Origin: Chrysomallon squamiferum
Taxonomy: Eukaryota; Animalia; Mollusca
Direction of reading: 5' to 3'
Assembly: GCA_012295275.1 (NCBI GenBank)
Contig: CM022676.1
Span: forward strand, 9,362,001-9,426,000
Length of the DNA stretch: 64,000 nucleotides
Position 1 is the stretch's first letter; every line of letters starts with the position of its first letter. The position numbers and the translations under genes are program-made. Shown in pieces: positions 26,971 through 40,597 of the stretch. Under the pieces are notes generated by a model. That model was not told where the DNA came from. It was given only the letters and a program-made list of their open reading frames with translations, and did no database searches.

Positions 26971-29095
26971 ATCCTCTTGCACTAAAACTTTGTTTTTCAC
27001 TTCTATTTTTTATTAAAAATAACCTGCAAAAACAAAAAAAAAAAAGAATCAAGGTTTAATAACAATAAAACAAAATAAAACAAACAAACAAACACCCTAC
27101 ATTTTAATCTCAGTACTGTAATTCAGAAACTGGTTTTTAGGAAAATATTACAATAATCATATTTAAAATCGGTATCAATATAATATTTTCTACACATCAA
27201 CATCTGAAATAAAAATCTTAGCCCTGATCTGTAACATGTTTATATATCCCCTAATGAAATTTTTAGAAACAAAAACAGCAGGCAGACAGAGTTTTATGAT
27301 CCTATATAAGATATTAAGATATTCTCTATCAGCAAACACATATGGTTTTTATATCACCCCATCTCATAAAAAAAAAAAACTTTATAAACCATCTTGGTTT
27401 TTATTGATATCCTATTTTTAAATCTTCATATGCTTTAGATAGCAGACAGATTGAATGTCAGTGTGCTGGCTAAGAATTCAGGTTTATAAGATCAGTTCTT
27501 GTTGGTATGAACAAATTTCACGTTCCAACTAGAGCTCCACGATAGTTACGTAAAAGATGATGTAACCAGAATTTGCTTTCAATGATTATATCATTGTGTG
27601 TGTACGTATTCTAAGTATGTGTCTGTGTGTTTGTGTGTGTGTGTGTGTCTGGTTTTAGTTGTATATGTCCATGTGGGTAAATATGTATGAATGGTTGTCC
27701 ATGTATGTGTATATATGTGCTAGCATGTTGTGAACAAAATTATTTGATTTGAACATTTTATTAACAAAAAACAAATTCAACAATGAAATCATTAATATTA
27801 TGTTGCTAATACACTTAAAAATAATATTAAATGCAGCTATGGTTATAATGGGAAAAAAATATGTTCATTATGTGGTTTTAGCTACTTTGAAAGATAAATA
27901 AAATAAAAAATATGGAAAGATTGAAATTATTAAAATATTTTTCCTAACATAAAATCATAACAAGAAAAAGTGTCTAAATCTGAAAATAAATATTCTAAAT
28001 ATTAATTTTTTTTAAAATTGTAAGAAATTTTGTTTTCCTTTTTTTTTTCTCTCTCTCTCTCTAAGTTCTCTCTTAGACTCTGATAATTTAGTAAATGATA
28101 TTCATACTGACAGGATAATTACTGCTTCTTTAATTTCTCATCCAGCTGAATCCTGTGGTATGAACTGCCATTTGTCATGTGGAAAATAGTTTTCAACACT
28201 TACAGCTAAGAACAATCCAGCTAGGCAAGACGGGAACCATCTTCATTAAATGTAATCAGTCTTTCGGCTAGTATTATCACGTTTCTTCCATTTATTTTCA
28301 AAGCAGACGTGAATTTGTTTTTCTTTCTGCTGTTTTTTATTAGCTAGCAAGTGTTGTGATTTAAAGAATAGAGCTATTTGTTTAGATAGTATTATTAGAT
28401 TAATGTATAGAGATATTAGTTGGGGTTATTTTTTTGTGTTCTTTTGTTTTGTTTTGATTATTTTGTTTTTGTAAAACAAATGTTTTTGTGATATGAGTGT
28501 CTGTCTTTGTCTGCTATTATCATTTATAAAACGTATTTACTTTTCATTTTCTTTTCTTTTTTATTTTAATCAAATCTGATATATGTGCAATTAAGATTAA
28601 AAATGGCTGCCATGTTTAATAATAAACAGCTCATTTAAATAACAGAAGATGGAGAAATATTTTATCTAACAACATTTTATCTGATATGTTTTTTTCATTT
28701 TGTTTAAACTGCTATTGGAGAATTAAAAATGTCATACTGTAATACTTATTTAAAATTATTTTTCAACAGATGTTAAACTCAAAAAAAAAATAAAAATAAC
28801 ATGTGAAGAAATGTGACTGTTTTATTTTGTATAAACTGTTATCAGTGAAGGAAAATAACCTATTAATGTGTTTTTCTTTATGTTTTAAACTTTTAAATGA
28901 TTTCTGTAAACATTTTTTTTTTTATAACTTTTACTGTTTATTTCGATAGGCCATACAGATGTGAAGGAAATAAAAAGATGCAAAATGATATCTTGTTAAA
29001 AGCTATGAAAGATAAAATCCACATCTTCATTTTATTTATTGCCAAAGAAACTCTTTTGATGGGTGTCTTAATTTAACTTGGGAACTTTATTTGTC

Positions 29096-29191
<96 letters not shown>

Positions 29192-30348
29192 TTTAATACT
29201 GTGAATACTTAGGCATATGTATGTGTGTGCATAAACACACACACACAGACACACACACACAAACACACACACACATATATATAAATGGATTGATATTCAA
29301 ATGTACACACATACACATACATACACACATACATGCACACAAAAATATTCACACACATTAGCATTTTTTTTTTTTTTTAATTTCTTATCAATTAGCATTT
29401 ATGGAAATAACCATTTTAAGATCACAGTAAATGTTTAAAACAAACTAAAATGGAAAATAAAACCTCTGTAGATAAATAGATAAATTTACGACCATTCGTA
29501 AAATTCATATTAATTGCCTTTTCTCCCCTGTGTATGAAATTAATTTACGAGGAAAAGTTGAAGACGTCTATAAACATCATTCCACCACCTGCTTCTTTTT
29601 TCTCTTTAAAAATTCATATCCATTAATCTTTTGTGATTTCTCATATAGTTTATTACTGAAGACAGATGAACAAACAAACAGACAGACAGACAGTGATTAT
29701 GCAGTGATGAATGGATGGATGGAGGAATGAATGGGATGGGGTGAAGATGGGAGGAACAACCAGTGCATAGATAGATAGACGGACAGAAGGATGAATGAAA
29801 TCGTGAACAAAAGATGGACGGATGAATGAATAGAGGGGGAAAGACAGATGAATGGATAGAAATGCTGATTATTAATGAACACAAAATTGTTAAACATAAG
29901 TGAAACATTCAAACTATGGGACAAACAGACAGACAAACAGACATTCAAACAGACAGTCAGACAGAGTGTTAAAGGAACATTCAGACATCCTGTAAAGCAG
30001 AAAGACAGTTCATGAGAGGTGTTAAAACCGGTTAAATTTATTGGTCATTAAACGAACAACCAAGGGTCATTCTAAAGCCATTGGTGGCTAATTGCAGAAT
30101 TATGGGTGTGTCCAGGTGTGTACAGGTGTGTACAGGTGTGTTACTGGATCCTGGCAGGGAGATACCTGACACCCCAACTATCAGAAATCTGCACACAGAG
30201 ACAGACCACTGATGTGACATACACAGTGAGAGCTCTGGACCAAGTGAGAAAAATATGTTATATTACACACACATACACATGTGTGTGTGTTTGTGTGTGT
30301 GTGTCTGTGTGTTTGTGTCTGTGTGTCTGTGTGTGTGTGTGTGTGTGT

Positions 30349-30410
<62 letters not shown>

Positions 30411-30514
30411 ACTCATTAAATATATTCTAAATATCAAGACAATCGCTTTTGTCTCTCTGAGTGAGTTTGTATGTTTCTATCAGTGTTTGATTTTTTTGGT
30501 TATATGTGAGTATT

Positions 30515-30564
<50 letters not shown>

Positions 30565-30733
30565 TCTGTATTTGTTTATTTGGGTATACATTTGAAGTAA
30601 GTTTCAGTGAAGTTCTTTTTTGTGTCTGGAAGTTTGAATTGGGTTCATTTTAAGTAAGTTTGAAAGAAAGAACTTTTTTTGGAGTGAAGGCAATTTGAAT
30701 GAAGTTTGAATGAAGTTCATTTTAAGTGAAGCC

Positions 30734-30949
30734 AATTTGAAAGAAAGAACTTCATTTTGAGTAAAAGGCAATTTGAAAGAAAGAACTTCATTTTGAGTAA
30801 AAGACAATTTGAAAGAAAGAACTTCATTTTGAGTAAAAGGCAATTTGAAAGAAAGAACTTCATTTTGAGTAAAAGGCAATTTGAAAGAAAGAACTTCATT
30901 TTGAGTAAAAGGCAATTTGAAAGAAAGAACTTCATTCTGAGTAAAAGGC
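30734..30949. repeat. 36-bp minisatellite, six near-perfect copies
   Basis: AATTTGAAAGAAAGAACTTCATTTTGAGTAAAAGGC head-to-tail; degenerate copies extend left to about 30630. Confidence 0.95.
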
Positions 30950-31311
30950 AATTCAAGTAATATTTATTTTTATTCACAACAGTAACAGTGAACCGACATC
31001 TCCTCAAAGGCTGCAGAACAAAATTCTGAACATAACACATTATCTATTATTAGATAACAAATTAGCCAATGACAGACGCGATAAGAACAGCTTCTTCAGA
31101 TCTGTCCAATCAACTGCCTCGTTACATGTGGAATGCATGGAACAAAGATCGAGCTCCTGTGTATTACATCAGACATCTTGAATTTATGATTCTTGCTCAT
31201 CAGATTAACTCCCTTGTGTAAACCTCTTCAGGCTCAAAGTCCTTCGGGAGTTACATAAGTGCTAATGCTTTTTGCAAACTTCCTGAGAACAGTTTTAATC
31301 TGTTGGTTTTG

Positions 31312-31397
<86 letters not shown>

Positions 31398-33181
31398 TTT
31401 TTTTTTTATGAAGTTATTTTATATCTGTTTGACAGCCTCTAAGTGAAACTGTGTGAAATCTTGAAAAATTATATTTGTATCATTCTTAGGATTCACTGAA
31501 TAAAAGTTAATGCATGCTTTTCTGGACATATATGTTTTTAGCTGTAGAAATCACAAAACAGTTTTTGTGTTATTATTATTGTTGTTGTTAATATCATTTC
31601 CTCATAACTATGTAATCATTATCATTAGTATTATCACTATCATCATCATCATCATTATCATTATTATTATCATTATAATTATAATATATTGCTAGCTCTT
31701 TGTTGACTGTTCATAATAAAATATTTCATTAACTCAAACAACAACAGAATTAACGTTTAAAAATCTTAAACTCAAAATGACCAAAGTTGAAACTTTTAAA
31801 AAGTTGAAGAAATCTTATTTTCTTCTGTCTTCATTCATGAAGTCATGAAGTCATGAAGTCAAAAATGTTTCTTTTGAGCTAGAATCAAAGGAAGACAAAC
31901 AAAATCTGAAGATCTGAAAATGTTGTTTCTGATGGAAAACTGAACTTTGTTGAAGCTCACTAAAATTCTTTTAACATCTTTCAGGCTGTTTTCATTGAAA
32001 AGATGTCAAATTGAAAACAGGGATGGTTTCATATGGGGGGGGGCTTTTTCATCAAAGGACAACTAAACTAACATGTGATTGGTCAATCCTTTGATCATGT
32101 GTGGCCGTTACCCAATCAATTACCTTGTTACATAAGCAAGAGGTGGAATCAGTAAACATCTTGTTTTTCTATCACTGAAGACACAAAACTGACCTTGTTG
32201 TCTGACTTCTGATCTTGAATAACTTCCTCAGTGACTCCCCCACCCCATCCCACTTCCAGGAATGATTACAACTGTTGTTCTGATAGTGCATGATAGTTGT
32301 ACTTGAATATCTGTTTCTCATTAACTTTTTAAAGCAACACCTTCTGTATAACAAACATAAGATGGATGTTTTCATTTCAAAAACTGTACAAGAATAAAAC
32401 AATATTAAAACTCAAAAATACCAAAATATAAGATGTTTAATGAATGAATAAATGGATAGATAGATGACATTTTTGGATTGAAAAAAAAAACTGTATGCGA
32501 ATATAAAACTTAAAATGACTGCTTCTTTTTTTTTGTTGGAGCATTTATGGCAGTTAAAAAAAAGTTATCTAATTATTAATAAACTTTTCATTTCCTTGTG
32601 TCTGCATGCCCATCTGTCTGTCTGTTTGTTTGTCTGTTCATTTTCTACCCTCTGATTTAGATTCCTCCAATTCTTCCATCTGTTGTTTTCATCATTCAGC
32701 TTTGTCAGAACAAATCTGTCTGAAATTCAGTTATCTTGTTATGATCCTTTCAATTAGCCATTCATCATTTGATCAATCATCTATTTATCTCATATGAAAC
32801 ATTCAAAAATTCAGTTATATTATTCCTTTGATTCATTTAATTATTCATCCATTCATCTATTCATCTATTCATCTATTCATCTATCAGTCTCTAACCATCC
32901 ATCCATCATTCTATTCATCCAAATTTATCAAAGATATCAATTCAATGGTTAAAGCACGTTTGTAATGGATACCTCAACATCAGGGAAGCTGTAACCTTTG
33001 GGTTCCATCTTTTCAAACTCTGTTGAGAATTTCTCAACTGTTTTATAACCCGTGTTTATGTGTACCCAGTTCTCTGTTTCATCAGAGGTGACATCTTAAT
33101 TAATTCTTCTTTTTAATCCTGTTTTCACACAAACAATTAATTTACCAGGAAACACTCTGCTTCTCGGCATGACTTCCTCTT

Positions 33182-33458
33182 GCCCACCAGGTGTCTCTGT
33201 TTTTCATACTGGACCCAGGGAATGTAAGAAAGATGCTTTGTGTTTTTCCTGTCCACTAGGTGTCTCTCTTTTCCATATACCCAAAACCAGGGTTTTATGT
33301 ACATGATTCTCCCCTCTTCCCACTAGAGGTCTCTGTTATGACACCAAACACAGAAAATAAAATAATTTTTAATTTGTAACCCCCTGCCCACTAGAGGTCT
33401 CTGTTTTGATATCTTAACTCACACGATTCTTATCCTCCCCACCAGAGGTCTCTGTTTT
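33182..33458 (+). promoter_or_regulatory. Array of five co-oriented CTCF-like motifs
   Basis: CCACYAGRKGTCTCT starting at 33184, 33253, 33320, 33388 and 33439, with diverged spacers. Resembles the CTCF core CCACYAGRKGGCRC. Confidence 0.45.
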
Positions 33459-34223
33459 GAAACCGGTGCTAGAAATGTTTACAGGACTTTTGATGACCAC
33501 ATTTAGTTGTGTTGTGTTGTGTGTGTGTTCTACCCTTTTTGGCAGAGCATCACTGTTTGGCTTGGTCCCAGGCTGCGTATTTTTCCTTGCTGTGACAGGG
33601 TCTGAACAAACAGTGGGATGAGACCCTTGATTACTCAACATTAGCACTTTGTTTGGTGTGTGGCAATAAACGGTTATGCAAGACCAGGATCAGGATTTTG
33701 TGGAATTCTGGGAGAATATTTGTCCATTTAATGGCAGAGATAGGATTTAAAAAAAAAAATTAAAAAAAAATCTGAAAGATTTATTTTTTATTAATGAATA
33801 AATGATTAATATTACTGCAACATATACACACATAGTTTTAGCTATTTATCTGTCTGTCCATCTTTAAATAGATAGATAGATAGATAGATAGATATATAGA
33901 TAGAAAGCTAGATAGCTAGACAGATAGACAGAGAAAGAAACAGACATGTATATTCTTAAATCATGAAATTAAATAATAATAGTATGTATGTAACAATGTA
34001 ATAATAATAATTAAAAAGGTATGTATTTTTTTACATGTATTATGGAAAATGTTTTTAAAAATCATGTTAAATTTCTATGTTTGTTAACTGTGTTTTGTAA
34101 TTCAGGTATGTATGTATGTATGTATGTTTGTACCCACAAAAAAATACTCATCACCTTTTCAATTTACATTTATATTATATAGTATGTGATTAGGAACACA
34201 TCATTCATTACACAGTCTTCCAA

Positions 34224-35175
34224 TGTATGTGTGTATGTATGTATGTATGTATGTATGTATGTATGTATGTATGTATGGATGTATGGATGTATGGATGTGT
34301 GTGTGTGTGTGTATGTGTGCATGTGTGTATGTATGTATGTATGTATGTGTGTGTGTGTGTGTATGTGTGTATGTATGCATGTATGTATGCATGTATGTAT
34401 GTATGTATGTATGTATGTATGTATGTATGTATGCATGGACAGATTGGATATCAATAATATATATTAAAAAATTCAGTATTAAAGAGAGAGCTTCTTTAAA
34501 ATGGTGCATATATCGATCAACTATTTTAGACAGGTGAATATTATTCACTTAGATGGACAGAAGCACAAACTCACAGACACGAGTATGGATGGACATAGAG
34601 CTGTTTAGACAACAGAAGACTGTTAAAATTAGACAGACAGACAGACACATGAAAAGGACAGACAGACAAAACTGATTGTTACTAATTATGACTCATCCTC
34701 ATGAAAACACCTGTCAACAGTCACACACCTGAGTTGCTATGGTAACTGTGTTGATTCAGATAGATAAACGAAACAGATAAAAGATACCATGGCAAATATT
34801 GAACAACTTGACAGCAAATATTAGATCAAGCATGTGTCCTGTTTATTAAACTTTTTTTTATTTGTTGGGGGTCTGTATTTTAAACACACCATGATGTATT
34901 ATATATAAATACATATACATATATATATATATACACACATACATACACACACACACACATAGACATACATACATACATATACATACACACACACACACAT
35001 ACATACATACATATACATATATATATACGTATAGTCATACATACACACATATATATATATATACAAATACATATATATGTACACACACACACACACGCAC
35101 ACACACAGACATAGTTCATGCATATACACTTACATACAAATATATATATAGATATACACACACACACACACACAC
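34224..35175. repeat. (TATG)n/(TG)n and (CATA)n/(CA)n microsatellites
   Basis: About 34224-34435 and 34900-35175. Confidence 0.9.
34733..34746. promoter_or_regulatory. RFX X-box motif
   Basis: GTTGCTATGGTAAC, next to two CACCTG E-boxes. Confidence 0.45.
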
Positions 35176-36054
35176 ACAGACAGACATTCAGTCTAAACAA
35201 TCAGACTCTTAAAAAAAAAACATAATCCCATAATTCCATGCTTTTTAAATATTTACATCATCTACATCCTCTAAAACAGCCATAACAAAAAACAAACACA
35301 GGTAAACTCAAAACAAACAGGTATGTAGAGAAAAAACCTGGCCAGGTGAGTACATTAGAATTAAGATTATCAAACACCAGGTAAGAGAAGTTTTGCTTTG
35401 ATCTGTGGCAGACCTGGTGACGTTGTGGTGGGTGCTGTTTTTTTTGTAAATTCAAAAGTCAACAAGCTTAGTCTATGTTCCTTCCCCTCTTTCACACATT
35501 CAGATCGGGTAATGCCGTTTACTCAACAACTTGTATCGATTTGGCTGGAACGGTTCTTACATGAACAAATGATATTTAGTGAACAGAGATTTGGTTTTTT
35601 TAAAGATGGTTTTATGAAAAGAAGAGTAAAAAAAAATAAAATAAAATAAATAAATAAAATAAATAAAATAAAATAATAATTTATAAGGGAACAGAGATAT
35701 TTTTTAAAAATTTGTTTTAAAAAATAAAAGAAATTTGTTTTATAAAATAAAATAAAAATAATAATAATGATAATAATGATGTTAATAATGATAATAATAA
35801 GACTAAAATAATAACAATAATAATAATAATAATAAATAATGATCATAATAAATAATAATAATGATGGTGATGATGATGATGATGATGATAATAAAGTTAT
35901 AATAATAATATTAATAATAACATTGAAATAAAATAAAAAAATAAAACCCAAGGTAAAAAATAAAACCGAGCTTATATACAGGTTCAGTAGTAGTAGTAAT
36001 ATCAAATGATATGAAATACTAGTAGCTATAGTAGTAATGGTGTGGTTTTGTTGG

Positions 36055-36077
36055 TGATAGTAGTAGAAGCAGTAGTT

Positions 36078-36141
<64 letters not shown>

Positions 36142-36267
36142 CATTAGTGAAAGTAGTAGTGGTAATGGTACTGGTGGTTGCAGAAGTCATACAGGCATAA
36201 TTGATATTAGTAGTAGTAGTAGTAGCAGTAATAGTAGCAGAAGCAGTGGTTGTAGTTACAGCAGTAA

Positions 36268-36309
<42 letters not shown>

Positions 36310-36844
36310 TAGTGGTACTGGTAGGAATAGTAGTAGTAGTAGTAGTTAAAGATTTATTCAGGTGATTGTAGGACTGGCTGAAACTTCCATTTGAGGACTG
36401 GCTGAAACTACCACTACCACTACAACTACTACTACATTATACAACTACTACAGCTCTCTTCTACAATTAACACCACAGTAAAAATCAGAATGGAGGTACT
36501 GGGTATAGATAATATAATCTATGACACCTGAGTAGCTCACTCTAACCAATGGACCACAGTTTGCCCTTCAACACAATGGCTGGTTTGCAGACACACAGAT
36601 ATACAGACACATAATAAAGTTAATTGTGTGGTTTTGTGTCATAAGCTTTATTTAATGTTTGTTTGTGTCTGTTCTGTTCCTGGCTTACTTAGATAAGTTT
36701 CAAGTGTTTTGTAATCAGCTGTACAGAGAGAGAGAGTTTGTGTGTTTGTTCTAGGATTTGTAATAAAGAATTGCTTGCTTAAATAATCTCTAACTATAGA
36801 CAGATATATATATATATATATATATCTATACACATACATACATA

Positions 36845-36916
<72 letters not shown>

Positions 36917-37066
36917 TGTACGTGTATATGCACACATACACACAAACATACATATATATGTATATGTATGTATATATATATATATATATTTTACTTTGTT
37001 AAATCATTATAGCATTATTATGTGTTATTTAACAAAAACAGATTAATTTCCTATTATTAATTGTAG

Positions 37067-37106
<40 letters not shown>

Positions 37107-37224
37107 ATAGTAGTTGTTAAGGTATAGTAGTAGTAGTAGTAGTAGTAGTAGTAAGAGTAGGAGTAGTTGTTATAACCAATAGCAAAAGTAATAGTCGTAG
37201 TAATAGTAGTTGTAGTAATCATAA

Positions 37225-37261
<37 letters not shown>

Positions 37262-37290
37262 TGTTGTTGTTGTGGTAGTAGTAGTAACAG
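36055..37290. repeat. (AGT)n and (AT)n microsatellites
   Basis: About 36055-36345, 36805-36990 and 37070-37290. Confidence 0.9.
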
Positions 37291-38532
37291 TAATAGATTT
37301 TATTAGAGAATTGTACACGCACATTTGTGGTATGGATTCATTTCTGAATTCAGCAGGAATTTTTCTTCTCAAACATGATGATTTAGAAGAAAGTATGTTT
37401 CAATCCACACCACAGAGAAACCCATAATTATTTCTTTTTACAAATCACAAATTTTACATAACAGCAAATTAATTAACAAACATTCTCACTAACACACACA
37501 CACACAAAAAACCCCACCTCATTAAACAATTAAAATAAAAATAAATAAAAATTTCAAACGGACCCATTTTTGCAACATTATAATAATAATCTCCCGAAAA
37601 TTATCCACCAAACACAACACACATTACATTTTTTCCCATTCCAAACCTAAATCCCTTTACAATGCAGTCCAATCAACTGGTAATAAACACGACACTGAAG
37701 TCAGTCAACTGTTCAGTGTAGCAATAACAGAAACACCGGTAGATTTTGGGGCTGTTTGGTAATTTCCTCCTTCATGGCTGGAGGCTCCCAAGCTTATGGG
37801 CATTGTAAAAATTAATGGAGAGTGTATGTGTAATATAACAATAAACAAATTAGGAAGATTTCCTTTTATTCGGATTTAACAGGATCCCAATAAAAATGTC
37901 ATTTTTTGGTGTGTTTTTTATGGTTTCTGTGCAATAAAACAATTTCAATTTTAGACAATTTGTATCATGGGATTTAACACAATTAATCATTTAGCAAGTT
38001 CAGACTGTTCATTTGTGATTATCATTGAACTGTGGGAATGAAAAAAGAAGTGGTTCAGGATTTTGATGAAAATTAAATTTAATACTTATTAAAATAAGAA
38101 ATTAAAATTGATAGTTTCTTTTATTTTTAATTTTAAAATTTAAAGCTTTGATAATGAAAAATAAAAATAAAAAAATAAAAATAAAATTATAATAAATAAA
38201 TAAATAAATAAAGTGAGAAAAAAATAAATAAATAAATTAAGTAAGTAAGTAAGGAAGTAAAAGATAAAGTAATTTTTATGTAAAGTTATGTAACATTAAA
38301 AAATATATATTTTGTGTAAAAAGATTTTAATACAGTGGATTTTAAAATTTTGATTTAGAAAGAGAAAAGATACAGAGTGATGAACAAAAAATTTTTAATG
38401 AAATTTTCCATAAAACAGAAAGAAAGAAATGAAATGAAATTTTAAATGAAAATAAAACAATACAATAATTTTTATATATATCAAATCAAAACAATATAAT
38501 AATTTAGAGATATATGGTAACAATCCTGTATA

Positions 38533-38664
38533 TACTTTCAAACTAGTACTCCACCTTTGGGTTATGAAAAGATGTAGTTATTTTCTTTCCTGTTTATGAG
38601 AAGGTATGTATAAATGATCTCATTAAAGAGAGTAGACCACAAAAAATAGCAATGGAATCCTTTT
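38533..38664 (+). mobile_element. Diverged dispersed repeat, copy 1 (old TE/MITE fragment?)
   Basis: Colinear with 55757-55893: CTTTCAAACTAGTA ... TGTTTATGAG ... GAGAGTAGACCACAA ... TAGCARTGGAATCCTTTT. Confidence 0.6.
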
Positions 38665-38865
38665 CATTTAATTCAGTTAATTTAGAGACAGCATATGTGT
38701 GTGTTTGTGTGTTTTTCATATAGAATTAGATTTAATCTAAAATATATTTATAAAAATACTTAAAATTAAGCCTTTATTCTTTCTGAAGTTTTGTAACAAT
38801 TTTTTTTTTTTTTTAACACAAGTTATCAGTTACCAACGACAACCAGTCTGGTGAAACAAAGAACA

Positions 38866-39140
38866 AACAATAAACCAATCAAACATTATCTCTCACAAAC
38901 AATAAACCAATCAGAGGGAATTTAACAATGACAGAACGAACAATTACCCAATCAGTGGCTATCAGACATCAGCAGCAGAACAATAAACCAATCAGACATC
39001 AATGGTAAATAATTAGCCCAATCAGCTGGTATCTAACATCAGCAGGGAACAACAAACCAATCAGTGGACTGCCTTGTATGACATCACCACCGCCACATGG
39101 CCAGCAGGGAGGGGGGGGCAGAGTGTGGGTGGGGGGGAAC
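38866..39140 (+). promoter_or_regulatory. Array of six CCAATCA (NF-Y-type) boxes followed by a CRE-like site and G-rich boxes
   Basis: CCAAT at 38875, 38907, 38948, 38988, 39018 and 39057, most preceded by AACAAT; then TGACATCA and GGGAGGGG/GGGTGGGG tracts. Confidence 0.5.
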
Positions 39141-39896
39141 AAAGTAACAAATTGATCTCCTGGGTCTCATTCCAATAAATTCGATAACCACAAACACAAA
39201 AAGGCTGAACAAAGACAGAAGAAACAAACCATAAAGTTTGTGTTGGTAAAAGATTATGTCCACTAATGCATATATTAATGTATACCGTTGGGAGCGGTTG
39301 GTTATATAAGTTATACCCACACTTAAGAAAATAATTTATTAACCAGGGAAGCATAAATTAAAGAATGGCACAGGAGCCACTGGTTATGTAACCTAGGACA
39401 GTGCAGAATAATTTATTAACCAAACTTTACAGAAATTATTGCCGAGAGGGGGGAAAAGATTTTTTGTTATGTAAAAATGTTATGAAATGAAATATCAGAG
39501 ACACAGAGAGTGTGTCTGTTTGAATTAAAAGTAAAAATGTTATTATTAGGAATTTTGAAAAACAAAAATAATAATAAATTCAGGTATCTGAGACCTTTTT
39601 TTTGTTTTGTTTCCATTTCAATAATTCTTTTGGTGATCAGGTGACCAGAAAAATGGTTTGAAATGAGAGTAAACATATTGTTTTAAGGTTTTAAATATTT
39701 TATAATTTATTTTTTTTATTTTTTTTATTTGTATTTATTCAGAGGCTGAGGTTTCTGCTTGGTGTGTTAACAGGTTTTAAAAATCTGTAGTCAAGTGATC
39801 ACTGAGTAAATAATAACTCAAACGTTTTGTTGTTTTTAAACAGATTAGTTTTATTTCTTTGACCCTTTTTCTGTTAATATATGATTAATTTGAGAC

Positions 39897-40597
<701 letters not shown>

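Noticed and set aside
30734-30949. 36-bp repeat as a CRISPR array or repeat protein
   Set aside because: Units are head-to-tail with no spacers, there are no cas genes, and the context is eukaryotic.
33182-33458. Repeat-spacer layout as a CRISPR array
   Set aside because: The repeats are only about 15-20 bp and variable, spacing is uneven, and there are no cas genes. A binding-site array explains it better.
36370-36409. Direct repeat AGGACTGGCTGAAACT x2
   Set aside because: A simple 24-bp local duplication with no element between the copies, so it is not a target-site duplication.
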